Positions 9,567-17,919 of a stretch of DNA of 64,000 nt are shown one piece after another (the stretch's first letter is position 1; every line of letters begins with the position of its first letter). The notes below the pieces were generated by a model that saw nothing but the letters and a program-made list of their open reading frames with translations, was not told where the DNA came from and made no database searches. The position numbers and the translations under genes were made by a program. This DNA comes from Thermoleophilaceae bacterium (lineage in GTDB: Bacteria; Actinomycetota; Thermoleophilia; Solirubrobacterales; JACPNS01), in contig JAEMSX010000007.1 of the NCBI GenBank assembly GCA_016462645.1, forward strand, positions 19,350 through 83,349. Direction: 5' to 3'.

Positions 9567-9968
9567 CTAGTTGTCTTCGCCGGGGGTGAGCTCGGTCAGC
9601 GCCATCACGGCGCCGGCCGGGTCCTCGACCACGCACCAACGACCCATCGTCTCTGAGTCGCGCGGTCCGAAAACCACCTTGCCGCCGAGCTCGTCGCATG
9701 CGGCGATCGAGTCGTCGAGGTCGTCGACGGTCACGTAGACGAGCCACTGCTGCGGAAGCCCGACCAGGCTCCCGGCCTGGTGGCAGATCCCGGCCGCGGG
9801 ATCTCCGGTCTCCGGGTGGGCCATGACGTAGTCCTCGCGGCCCTCGACGGGAAGCCCGATTGCGTTCCAACCGACGACGCCCGCGTAGAAGTCGCGCACG
9901 TCTTCCGCGTTCTCAACGGTGAGGTCGGCCCACTTGATCAGGCCGGTGCGTGGCGGGAAAGCGTTCAT
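9567..9968 (-). CDS. VOC/glyoxalase family protein
   Basis: WADLTV, DFYAGVVGW, WLVYVTVDDLD, LGGKVV, EDPAGA. Confidence 0.88.
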   Translation of the reverse strand: MNAFPPRTGLIKWADLTVENAEDVRDFYAGVVGWNAIGLPVEGREDYVMAHPETGDPAAGICHQAGSLVGLPQQWLVYVTVDDLDDSIAACDELGGKVVFGPRDSETMGRWCVVEDPAGAVMALTELTPGEDN

Positions 9969-10043
9969 CGGATCGAGACGATGTTACGGGTCGGGCGGGC
10001 GCTTCGTGTCGAAGCACCGGTTCGATCCGGCTCGCTCCGCGCG

Positions 10044-10703
10044 TCAGGACTGTTTGACGCGTTCGCAGTCGCTCGCGACCACGTCTTTGCGGTCGGCCGC
10101 CACGATGTCGCGTCCGCGTCCACAGCGGATCTTGTCGCGCTCGCCGTCGTTGGCGTCGATGCGGTCGTTGCCGGATCCGCCGTTGATGATGTCGCGGCCA
10201 TCGCCGCCACTGATCTCGTCGTTGCCGGCCTCGCCGTAGAGCTTGTCGTTGTCGGCTTCGCCGAAGAGCTGGTCGCGCCCCTCGCCCGCCCTCACGTTGT
10301 CGTCGCCGTCGGCGCCGTCGATCACGTCGTTGCCGGCGCCGCCACTCAATTCGTCGTCTCCGCCTTCGGCGCAGATGTCGTCGTCTCCGCCCTCACCGGT
10401 GATCGTGTCGTTGTCGTCGGTGCCGAGCATCGCTTCGTCTTCGGAAGTGCCGAGCAGCGTGAGGTCATCGGAGCCGTCGCTGACGGGTCCTTCCTCGAGC
10501 GCGGGATCGTCGTAGGTCTGGTCGGCAGGCTCGATCAACTCGTCGGCCGGGTCTTCGCTGCCGTCCCAACCGAGCTCAGCACATGTCAACTCCGGAAGGG
10601 TGAAGTGCGGTTCGACCGGGCCCGGGCTTGCGCTCGCCGCGCCGACCATCGCGCTCGAAAGCAGGAGTAGCGAACTGCAGATAATTGTTGTGAGGAGTCG
10701 CAT
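10044..10703 (-). CDS. Secreted RTX/hemolysin-type calcium-binding repeat protein (paralogue)
   Basis: Signal peptide, GGxGxD repeats and the same C-terminal CGRG.D...AD..D.V..DCE.V cap as 8719-9420. Confidence 0.85.
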   Translation of the reverse strand: MRLLTTIICSSLLLLSSAMVGAASASPGPVEPHFTLPELTCAELGWDGSEDPADELIEPADQTYDDPALEEGPVSDGSDDLTLLGTSEDEAMLGTDDNDTITGEGGDDDICAEGGDDELSGGAGNDVIDGADGDDNVRAGEGRDQLFGEADNDKLYGEAGNDEISGGDGRDIINGGSGNDRIDANDGERDKIRCGRGRDIVAADRKDVVASDCERVKQS

Positions 10704-10849
10704 GACGGGTGTCCTTGCCTGGTTCGCTGGTCACGGCCAGTTACCGCGATCAACCACCTGATCGACTTCCCATCGCTGCCCGCAACCCTCTGCGGACGTC
10801 TGCCGTACACCGATCGCGTCCCCCGATCGCTCGTACGGATTGTTACAAG

Positions 10850-11338
10850 CTATCCCTCGGCGCCGAAGTCCTCGGGCGAGACCTCGTCGAGGAACTTGCG
10901 GAACTTCCCGACCACTTCCTCTGTGTCCTCGACCTCATGCTCGAATTCGATCGCCGACTCTGCGATCACCTCTTCGGCGACGAAGATCGGCGCCTCGGTA
11001 CGAACGGCCAGTGCGATCGCATCGGAAGGTCGCGCGTCGATCTCAAGTTCTCGTTCGCCGGATCGCAAAGTGATCGTCGCGTAGAAGGTGTTGTCGCGGA
11101 GCTCGGTCACGGCGATCTGTGAGCATTCGAGCTCGAGGTCCTCGAACACCGACGCCATCAGGTCGTGGGTCATCGGTCGCGGGGTCTCCGCGCCCTGAAG
11201 CTTCATCAGAATCGCGGCGGCCTCCGGGTGTCCGATCCAGATCGGCAGGAACTCATTGCCGTCGACGGCCTTGAGCAGGATGATCGGCTGCTTTCCGACC
11301 ATGTCGAAGCTGACGCCGTAGATGACCATTTCGCGCAT
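10850..11338 (-). CDS. Bifunctional nuclease family protein (DUF151)
   Basis: LPIWIGHPEAAAI, PRPMTHDL, DARPSDAIALAVR, FRKFLDEVSPEDF. Confidence 0.92.
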   Translation of the reverse strand: MREMVIYGVSFDMVGKQPIILLKAVDGNEFLPIWIGHPEAAAILMKLQGAETPRPMTHDLMASVFEDLELECSQIAVTELRDNTFYATITLRSGERELEIDARPSDAIALAVRTEAPIFVAEEVIAESAIEFEHEVEDTEEVVGKFRKFLDEVSPEDFGAEG

Positions 11339-11443
11339 AGGGCAGAAGTATGGCGAATCCAAGCGGATTCCTGCCTCAGCGGATTCCCCGGCGCATGCTC
11401 GAGGCGATGAATCGTGCGAGATCGTACGAGTCATCGACTTGAG

Positions 11444-11517
11444 TGGGCGATCCAGGATTCGAACCTGGGACCTCATCCTTATCAGAGATGCGCTCTAACC
11501 GACTGAGCTAATCGCCC
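11444..11517 (-). tRNA. tRNA-Ile (GAU), CCA not encoded
   Basis: Reverse complement GGGCGATTAGCTCAGTCGGTTAGAGCGCATCTCTGATAAGGATGAGGTCCCAGGTTCGAATCCTGGATCGCCCA folds as a cloverleaf with anticodon loop CTGATAA and T-loop GTTCGAATC. Confidence 0.96.
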
Positions 11518-11532
11518 GAGGAGTCCGGGAGT

Positions 11533-12459
11533 TTAGCGCCGTTTTACGTCCTCGATCGCGCGCACCGCTTCATCGACAGAAGCGAAGTCGAGCGTCACTT
11601 TGACGCCGCGGTCGCTCACCTTGACGCGGGGGTCGATCCCGAATGTCTTCATGAACCGCTCGGCGATCGCATGGGCTGCCTCGGCGGCTTCGGCCTGCTC
11701 GGTTACCGCCTTAGAACCCTCTACCTCGGCTTTAGGGTTGGCGGATTCGGCTGCAGCTTCTGCCCGACGCTCCGTCTCGCGAACGGACCATCCATTGGCG
11801 GCGGCCTCGTGAGCGAGGCGTCGGATGGTGAAGTGATCGCTTGCCCGGAGCAACGCGCGGCCGTGGCCTTCGCTCAGCATCCCGTCCTCGACCATCTGGA
11901 TCACTTCATCGGGAAGATTGAGCAGACGGATCAGGTTCGAGACGGCGACGCGGCTCTTGCCGACGCGCTTGGCGACTTCTTCCTTGGTCAGCCCGAGGTC
12001 ATCGACCAGCGCGGCGCAGGCGCGCGCGGCGTCGATCGGGTTGAGGTCGACGCGGGCCATGTTCTCGACCAGGGCGAGCTCGAGCGTGTTGGCCGTGAGG
12101 TCGGCGCGGACGTAGGCCGGAACCGCTTCGACGCCGGCAAGCTTCGAAGCCCGCAGGCGGCGCTCGCCTGCAACCAGTTCGTAGCGGCCGGCCGCGAGCG
12201 GCTTGACGAGCAGTGGCTGGATCACGCCATTGGCCGCGATCGAGTCAGACAGCGCCTTCAACGCGTCGTCGTCAAAGCTCTTGCGCGGCTGGTTCGGGTT
12301 GACATCGATCGCGCTCGTCGGGAGCTGGCGCAGCTCATCCTGGACGAGGTCGTTGTGTGCGGTCGGCAGGATCGCCGAGAGTCCGCGACCCATGCCGCGG
12401 CGGTTCGCGCGGGTGGGCTCGGGGTTTGCAGGCTCGGAATCTGTACGTGCTTCAGCCAC
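11533..12459 (-). CDS. parB: Chromosome partitioning protein ParB/Spo0J
   Basis: GMGRGLSAIL, NPNQPRK, GERRLRA, ALVENMARVDLNPI, HTH, SEGHGRALL. Confidence 0.96.
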   Translation of the reverse strand: MAEARTDSEPANPEPTRANRRGMGRGLSAILPTAHNDLVQDELRQLPTSAIDVNPNQPRKSFDDDALKALSDSIAANGVIQPLLVKPLAAGRYELVAGERRLRASKLAGVEAVPAYVRADLTANTLELALVENMARVDLNPIDAARACAALVDDLGLTKEEVAKRVGKSRVAVSNLIRLLNLPDEVIQMVEDGMLSEGHGRALLRASDHFTIRRLAHEAAANGWSVRETERRAEAAAESANPKAEVEGSKAVTEQAEAAEAAHAIAERFMKTFGIDPRVKVSDRGVKVTLDFASVDEAVRAIEDVKRR

Positions 12460-13249
12460 GGAGGGCCACCTCTTTCGCGAGTTCGAAGTAAGCGCCGGCT
12501 CCAGCGCTGTGGGGATCGTGATGCGTGACCGGTTTGCCGAAGCTCGGGGCCTCGGCGACGCGCACGTTGCGCGGGATCACGGAATTGAAGAGCAGTCCGG
12601 GGAAGTGCTTGCGCAACTCATCCTCGACGTCGGTTGCTAGGCGAGTGCGGCCATCGTGCATCGTCATCACCAGACCGCCGATCGTCAGTCTGGGATTGAG
12701 TTCCTTCTGGATCAGGCCGACGGTGTCGAGCAGGTCGGCGAGACCCTCCAGCGCGTAGTACTCGGTCTGGACCGGGACGATCACGCGATCGGCCGCTGCC
12801 AGAGCGTTGATCGTGAGCGGCCCGAGCGACGGAGGACAGTCGAAGAAGATGAAGCGGTACTCGCCGCGTAGCGGCTCGAGCGCCTCGCGCAGGATGAACT
12901 CCGAGCCCGCGATCCGCGGGAGTTCGACGTTCGCTCCGGCCAGATCCGGAGTGGAGGGGACGATCGAGAGATTCGTGATGTTCGTGCTCAGCGTGGCCTG
13001 TTCTAGCGTGGAATCGCCGACCAGAACCTCGTAGATCGTGTGATTCTCGGTCTTTGAGTGCCCAAGTCCGACAGTCGCGTTCGCCTGCGGATCAATGTCG
13101 ATCAACAGCGTTTTATAGCCGGCTTCAGCGACGCAGGCAGCGAGATTCACGGCAGTCGTGGTCTTGCCGACGCCGCCTTTCTGGTTGGCGATCGCATAAA
13201 TCGTCGTCTGTGCGGGGCCGTTTGGGCCGAGATTCTCGTGCGCTTCCAT
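12452..13249 (-). CDS. parA: Chromosome partitioning ATPase ParA/Soj
   Basis: NQKGGVGKTTT, DIDPQAN, DCPPSLG, IPRNVRVAEAPSFG. Confidence 0.96.
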   Translation of the reverse strand: MEAHENLGPNGPAQTTIYAIANQKGGVGKTTTAVNLAACVAEAGYKTLLIDIDPQANATVGLGHSKTENHTIYEVLVGDSTLEQATLSTNITNLSIVPSTPDLAGANVELPRIAGSEFILREALEPLRGEYRFIFFDCPPSLGPLTINALAAADRVIVPVQTEYYALEGLADLLDTVGLIQKELNPRLTIGGLVMTMHDGRTRLATDVEDELRKHFPGLLFNSVIPRNVRVAEAPSFGKPVTHHDPHSAGAGAYFELAKEVALRG

Positions 13250-13320
13250 TCGGGCAGAAGCCTACGCTCGAATCCGGACCTTTCGCGCGTGCTGCAGCCG
13301 GTATTTCGCGGAGTTTGCGA

Positions 13321-13977
13321 CTACGCGAGCGGCTTTTTCAGCGCCACGCCCGCGCGACGGGGAAATCGGTCGTCGGTGGGCTGCGTTTTCTGCGCCACGT
13401 AGAAATGGCGCGCCCGGGACCCCTGGAAGGGTTTCGTCGCCGTCAGTTCGCCCGGCGCGAAGCCGAGAATCTCGGCAGTTGCGTCCGCGGCGGCAAGCTC
13501 GACCTGATCCGGCGAGCCCTTCCACGCGACCAGATGTCCGTCCCGGCGCAGGAGCGGGGCCGCATACTCCAGCAGAACGCCGAGCTGCGCGAGCGCCCGG
13601 GCCGTGACCACGTCATAGGCCTCGCGGTGGGGCGAACCGATCGCGGCGAGCTCCTCAGCCCTTCCCCAGACACAATCGACGTTGTCAAGCTCGAGTTCGC
13701 GCGCGAACTTTCCCGCGACTTCCATCTTCTTGCGGACGCTGTCCACCAGCGTGATCTGCGTCTCTGGAAGCATCACCGCCAGAACCAGGCCGGGAAATCC
13801 CGCTCCGGAGCCTATGTCGACAATGCTGCCGGCGTCCCGGATCGCGGGTATCTCCAGGCCGGCGAGGCTGTCGGCGATGTGGATCTTTCGCGCATCGGCG
13901 GCGGTCTTCACCGCCGTGCCGGATATCTCCAGCCCGACAGACCACTCAGCGATCCGTTCGAGTTGCTCCTGCTCCAT
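13321..13977 (-). CDS. rsmG: 16S rRNA m7G527 methyltransferase RsmG/GidB
   Basis: HIADSL, DIGSGAGFPG, RAEE, VTARA, FPRRAG; synteny. Confidence 0.95.
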   Translation of the reverse strand: MEQEQLERIAEWSVGLEISGTAVKTAADARKIHIADSLAGLEIPAIRDAGSIVDIGSGAGFPGLVLAVMLPETQITLVDSVRKKMEVAGKFARELELDNVDCVWGRAEELAAIGSPHREAYDVVTARALAQLGVLLEYAAPLLRRDGHLVAWKGSPDQVELAAADATAEILGFAPGELTATKPFQGSRARHFYVAQKTQPTDDRFPRRAGVALKKPLA

Positions 13978-13986
13978 GGAACGGAG

Positions 13987-14002
13987 CGTAAAACGTGAAA
14001 CG
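13987..14002. promoter_or_regulatory. Degenerate parS-like site
   Basis: CGTAAAACGTGAAACG has one perfect half-site and matches 11/14 of the core GTTTCACGTGAAAC; lies in the jag-rsmG spacer upstream of parAB. Confidence 0.45.
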
Positions 14003-14003
14003 G

Positions 14004-14504
14004 TCAGGATCCAGCAGGCGTGACGACGATCCGACGGTCCGGATCCTCACCAACGCTGTGCGTGTCAACGTCGCCATTGTCGATCAGATAGTGGTGCACG
14101 CTGCGACGCTCGTTTGAAGTCATCGGCTTCAGCTCCACTGCCTGACCGGACGCGAGCGCATCACGAACAGCGCGATCGGCAAGATCAAACAGTTCTTCTT
14201 CGCGGGCAGCGCGGTACTCATCGATGTCGACCGACACGCGGCGACGATCGTCGGGATCGACTGCCTTGGCGCTGACCAGATATGCGATCAACTGAATCGC
14301 ATCGAGAGTCTGAGCGCGACGACCGATCGCGAATCCGAGGTCGTCCCCGGTGACGTCGATATTGATGTCTTCTTCTTCCTGAGAAAAGGCGACCTGGGCC
14401 TCGAGCCCAGCGCCGGCGAGGATGTCGCGAACGATGCTCGCCGCGACCTCTGCCTGGCGGGTGTCCGTGCCGGGAGCTTCGTTCGTTGTTTCAGTGTCAG
14501 TCAT
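14004..14504 (-). CDS. jag: Jag/EloR (KhpB) RNA-binding protein, KH + R3H, lacking Jag_N
   Basis: IGRRAQTLDAIQ, VDIDEYR, ERRSVH (R3H), SVGEDPDRRIVV. Confidence 0.92.
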   Translation of the reverse strand: MTDTETTNEAPGTDTRQAEVAASIVRDILAGAGLEAQVAFSQEEEDINIDVTGDDLGFAIGRRAQTLDAIQLIAYLVSAKAVDPDDRRRVSVDIDEYRAAREEELFDLADRAVRDALASGQAVELKPMTSNERRSVHHYLIDNGDVDTHSVGEDPDRRIVVTPAGS

Positions 14505-14518
14505 AAGTGTTTCCCCGT

Positions 14519-15346
14519 TCAGCGCCTACGCCCAGAACGCTTTTTCTTCGTCTTGGGCGGTGGAGGCGGAGCCTTGGTCGGCTTCTTGTCGACAAGTGCC
14601 GCGCCGCCGGAAGTTACCACCGCTGCGTCGTCATCGCCGGACGATGAGACCAGCACCGGGTCGCCCTGGCGGATGCGCATCCACTTGACCACGAACGACT
14701 GACCCAGGGTCCAGAAGTTCGTCGTGATCCAGTACAGGATCAGGCCGGCCGGGAAGTGGATGATGAACGGCACAAAAATGAACGGCAGAGCCAGCATCAG
14801 GCGACGCTGCATCTGGTCGGTCGCCGTGGAGAGCGAGACCAGTGTCGAACCCAGCTGCGAGCCGACGTAAAGAACCAGAAGCACGACCAGTTCGGTGCCG
14901 GTCGGATCCTTGGTCAGGTTCGGGATGAAGAACCAGCTGGGATCCGTCGCATTCATGGCGACCTGCAGCGACGGCTCGCGCAGCGCGTAGAACATCGCGA
15001 TGAAGAACGGCATCTGCAGGAGCAGTGGGAAACAGGAAGCAAGCGGGTTGATCCCGTGTTCCTTGAAGAACTTCATCAGTTCCTGCTGCTTGCGTTGCGG
15101 ATCGTCCTTGTACTTCTCGTTCAGCTCCTTGATCTGGGGCTGATACTGCTGCATGTGCAGCATGCTCGTGACCTGCTTGTAGGTCAGCGGCAGCAGCAGA
15201 AGACGGACGATGACCGTGAGCAGGATGATTCCCCAACCCCACGGGATGCCCCAGGAGTAGAACTGACGCAGCGCTTCATCGAGGATGTCGCTGATCGGAG
15301 CAACGATGTCCTGGATGATGTTCGCGTAGGGGACGACGTAGTTCAC
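14519..15346 (-). CDS. yidC: Membrane protein insertase YidC
   Basis: WGWGIILLTVIVR, NPLASCFPLLLQMP, GLILYWITTN. Confidence 0.95.
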   Translation of the reverse strand: MNYVVPYANIIQDIVAPISDILDEALRQFYSWGIPWGWGIILLTVIVRLLLLPLTYKQVTSMLHMQQYQPQIKELNEKYKDDPQRKQQELMKFFKEHGINPLASCFPLLLQMPFFIAMFYALREPSLQVAMNATDPSWFFIPNLTKDPTGTELVVLLVLYVGSQLGSTLVSLSTATDQMQRRLMLALPFIFVPFIIHFPAGLILYWITTNFWTLGQSFVVKWMRIRQGDPVLVSSSGDDDAAVVTSGGAALVDKKPTKAPPPPPKTKKKRSGRRR

Positions 15347-15672
15347 AGCGCTGCCCCGTGATGCTTGTGACTTTCCTCACAAGCGTGAGAGTGCTGCTTG
15401 AACAGCTTCTGATCCTCGACGTAGTCAAATCCGCCGTCGCTGAAGGGGTTGCAGCGCACCACTCGCCATGCGGCCAGGATCGAACCGCGGATCGGTCCGT
15501 ACTGCTTGAGCGCGTCGACGGCGTACGTCGAGCAGGTCGGGTAGTAGCGACAGCGCGGCTGGATGAACGGCGAGATCAGCTTGCGGTAGGCGAAAACCGG
15601 CAGCAGCAAGGGGAAGATTGCGACCTTGCGCAGGCGCGTACCGAGAGTCGGGCTGGAACTGGTCGAAGTCAC
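15343..15672 (-). CDS. yidD: Membrane protein insertion efficiency factor YidD
   Basis: CRYYPTCSTYA, RCNPFSDGGFD. Confidence 0.93.
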   Translation of the reverse strand: MTSTSSSPTLGTRLRKVAIFPLLLPVFAYRKLISPFIQPRCRYYPTCSTYAVDALKQYGPIRGSILAAWRVVRCNPFSDGGFDYVEDQKLFKQHSHACEESHKHHGAAL

Positions 15673-15692
15673 TGGAGGAAAGGTGTGGGTGG

Positions 15693-16067
15693 CTACTGGC
15701 CGGCCGAAATCAACTCAGAGAGTGAATCTCTGACTCCGTGCATCCCGTCTCGTTCAAGCAATTCGACGATGTCGGGACGCGCGAGCACGACGTAGTCTAG
15801 GCCGTCCGCCATGTTCGGCTCCAGTTGATCGAGCGCCTCCCGGATCGTGCGCTTGACGCGGTTGCGTATCACGGCGTTGCCGATCTTGCGCCCGACGGAA
15901 ACGCCGAAGCGCGAATCCTCATCGGCGCCGTCTCCGCGCGCGAACGAGTAGAGAACGAGATAGCGGTTCGCCTTCGACCGCCCCTGGCGGTAGACGCGTT
16001 GAAACTCCGTGCTGCGAGAAAGGCGACGGCCTTTCCCCCGAGTGGGGCTGGCCAACGCAGCGGACAT
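15693..16067 (-). CDS. rnpA: Ribonuclease P protein component
   Basis: RLSRSTEFQRVY, GVSVGRKIGNAVIRNRVKR (RNR motif); start re-picked after the rpmH stop. Confidence 0.93.
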   Translation of the reverse strand: MSAALASPTRGKGRRLSRSTEFQRVYRQGRSKANRYLVLYSFARGDGADEDSRFGVSVGRKIGNAVIRNRVKRTIREALDQLEPNMADGLDYVVLARPDIVELLERDGMHGVRDSLSELISAGQ

Positions 16068-16069
16068 CG

Positions 16070-16204
16070 CTACGGCGTGAGCCGCTTGCGACCCTTGGCG
16101 CGGCGACGCTTGAGTACGTTGCGGCCGGCCGCGCTGCTCATGCGGGCGCGAAACCCGTGAGTGCGGGCGCGCTTGCGTTTTTTGGGCTGGTAAGTGCGCT
16201 TCAT
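16070..16204 (-). CDS. rpmH: 50S ribosomal protein L34
   Basis: [44 protein letters not shown]. Confidence 0.97.
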   Translation of the reverse strand: MKRTYQPKKRKRARTHGFRARMSSAAGRNVLKRRRAKGRKRLTP

Positions 16205-16441
16205 GAAAGTTCCTAATGAGAAGTCTGGAAGCCGGGATTGTAGAGACTGGCGCGTACAACATCCACCGGCGGACAAGAAAAACGTTTTTGTGCGAGTTTG
16301 CGACCTTCGCACCGACTCGCCGGGGTGACCGCTCAAGACCTCCGTTATAGTCCGAAACACGGAGCCTGAAGACGTCGTTTTTTCACGCTGCGCCTCTCTT
16401 GAATATCTCAAACCGCCGGAACCTTCGGCCCGGAGTCTGCA

Positions 16442-17809
16442 ATGCAGATCGACCAACTCTGGTCAAAAACAGATGCCGTTTTTCGCCGTGATGTCTCCGA
16501 TGACGTCGCAGACATCTGGTTGAGCCAACTGGCCCCGGCAGCGCTCGAGGATGGTGTTCTCTATCTCACAGGGACAGACCGCGCCCGCAGCTGGGTGGAG
16601 CTCCGGTATGGCCGGGTACTCAACCGCTGCGCCGCCCGCGCGGCTGGCACCGAACTACGAGTCGTGCTGGTCTCCGAGGATGAACTCCCTGCAAAAGCGC
16701 GTATTTCTGCCTCCGAGCCGGCATCCAAGGAATGGCACACCTCTCCGCTTAACCCACGCTACAGCTTCGATCAGTTCGTGATCGGCGGCTCCAACCACAT
16801 CGGTCATGCCGCCGCGCTCGCGGTCGCGGAGCAACCCGCGCAGGCCTTCAACCCCCTGTTCGTCTACGGCGCACCGGGTGTTGGAAAGACGCACCTGCTG
16901 CACGCGATCGGCAACTACCTGCGCCAGCAGGCGCCGGAGATCCAGGTCCGCTATCTGACCGCCGAGAACTTCGCCGCGATCTTCCGCAGCGTCCTCCGCG
17001 ACAACACGATCCAGGACTTCAAGGAGGATCTGCGTCGCAGTGACGTTCTGCTGATCGACGACGTCCAGTTCCTGCAGAACAAGGTCAAGACGGAGGAGGA
17101 GTTCTTCCACACCTTCAACCACCTGCATGAGGCCGGCCGGCAGCTCGTGATCACTTGCGACCGAACACCGCGCCAGCTCGATCAGCTCGCCGACCGTCTG
17201 CGCGAGCGCTTCGAATCCGGCCTCGTCGTTGAGATCGAGAAGCCGGACGACCGCTTGAGGAGCGCGATCCTGCGCAAACGCGTGCGCGTCGACAACATCC
17301 CCGTGGACGACGACCTCGCGCTCGACCGCATCGCCGAGCGCGTCCCGGCGAACGTCCGCTCACTCGAAGGGGCCCTGATCCGCGTCAGCGCGTTCGCCTC
17401 GATGCGCGGTGAGCCCGTGACGACCGAACTGGTCGATGAGCTGCTCGACTCCCTTCACCCGCACACCGCCGGCGTGAAGACCGAGCACCACACCCCTGAG
17501 GTCCCGATTCCGCATATTCAGACCGCCGTCGCTGAGCACTTCGAGCTCTCGATCGAAGAACTCCTCAGCAAGGACCGCAGCCGCCGCGTCGCCGGACCCA
17601 GGCAGATCGCCATGTATCTGGCATGCGAGCACAGTGGTCAGTCACTGCCGGCGATCGCTGCCGCTTTCGGCCGCGACCATTCGACCGTCGTCCACGCCCG
17701 CGACAAGGTCCGAACCGACCGCAGAAACAATCCCGCTGCCGCTGATGCTGTGGATAGTCTCAAGGCAGTTATCCACGGTTCCCAGCGGACCGCGGACAAG
17801 ACCGCGTGA
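16442..17809 (+). CDS. dnaA: Chromosomal replication initiator DnaA
   Basis: [51 protein letters not shown]. Confidence 0.98.
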   Translation: MQIDQLWSKTDAVFRRDVSDDVADIWLSQLAPAALEDGVLYLTGTDRARSWVELRYGRVLNRCAARAAGTELRVVLVSEDELPAKARISASEPASKEWHTSPLNPRYSFDQFVIGGSNHIGHAAALAVAEQPAQAFNPLFVYGAPGVGKTHLLHAIGNYLRQQAPEIQVRYLTAENFAAIFRSVLRDNTIQDFKEDLRRSDVLLIDDVQFLQNKVKTEEEFFHTFNHLHEAGRQLVITCDRTPRQLDQLADRLRERFESGLVVEIEKPDDRLRSAILRKRVRVDNIPVDDDLALDRIAERVPANVRSLEGALIRVSAFASMRGEPVTTELVDELLDSLHPHTAGVKTEHHTPEVPIPHIQTAVAEHFELSIEELLSKDRSRRVAGPRQIAMYLACEHSGQSLPAIAAAFGRDHSTVVHARDKVRTDRRNNPAAADAVDSLKAVIHGSQRTADKTA

Positions 17810-17900
17810 ATTAGTCTGTTCAAACGCAGAACTGAAGCGGGTTTGCACAGTTGTCCACATCTTCCACATACCAACACCAACAAGAATCAAACAACTTGAA
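17749..17900. promoter_or_regulatory. Probable oriC: DnaA-box cluster plus A/C-rich unwinding segment
   Basis: TGTGGATAG 17749-57, TTATCCACG 17769-77, GTTTGCACA 17841-49, TTGTCCACA 17851-59 and TCTTCCACA 17860-68, followed by a low-GC tract; lies at the dnaA-dnaN junction. Confidence 0.8.
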
Positions 17901-17919
17901 TCATGAAGGTTCATCTGGA

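Noticed and set aside
10704-10849. Riboswitch upstream of the RTX paralogue
   Set aside because: Only an imperfect hairpin after the DUF151 stop; no recognisable aptamer consensus on the coding strand
7833-11517. Genomic island integrated at tRNA-Ile
   Set aside because: No integrase and no duplicated tRNA 3' end seen; the gene next to the tRNA is a housekeeping-type DUF151
17851-17919. dnaN N-terminal extension MSTSSTYQHQQ...
   Set aside because: The TTG is part of a DnaA box; the 17920 start gives a typical 366-aa clamp with an SD-like GAAGG
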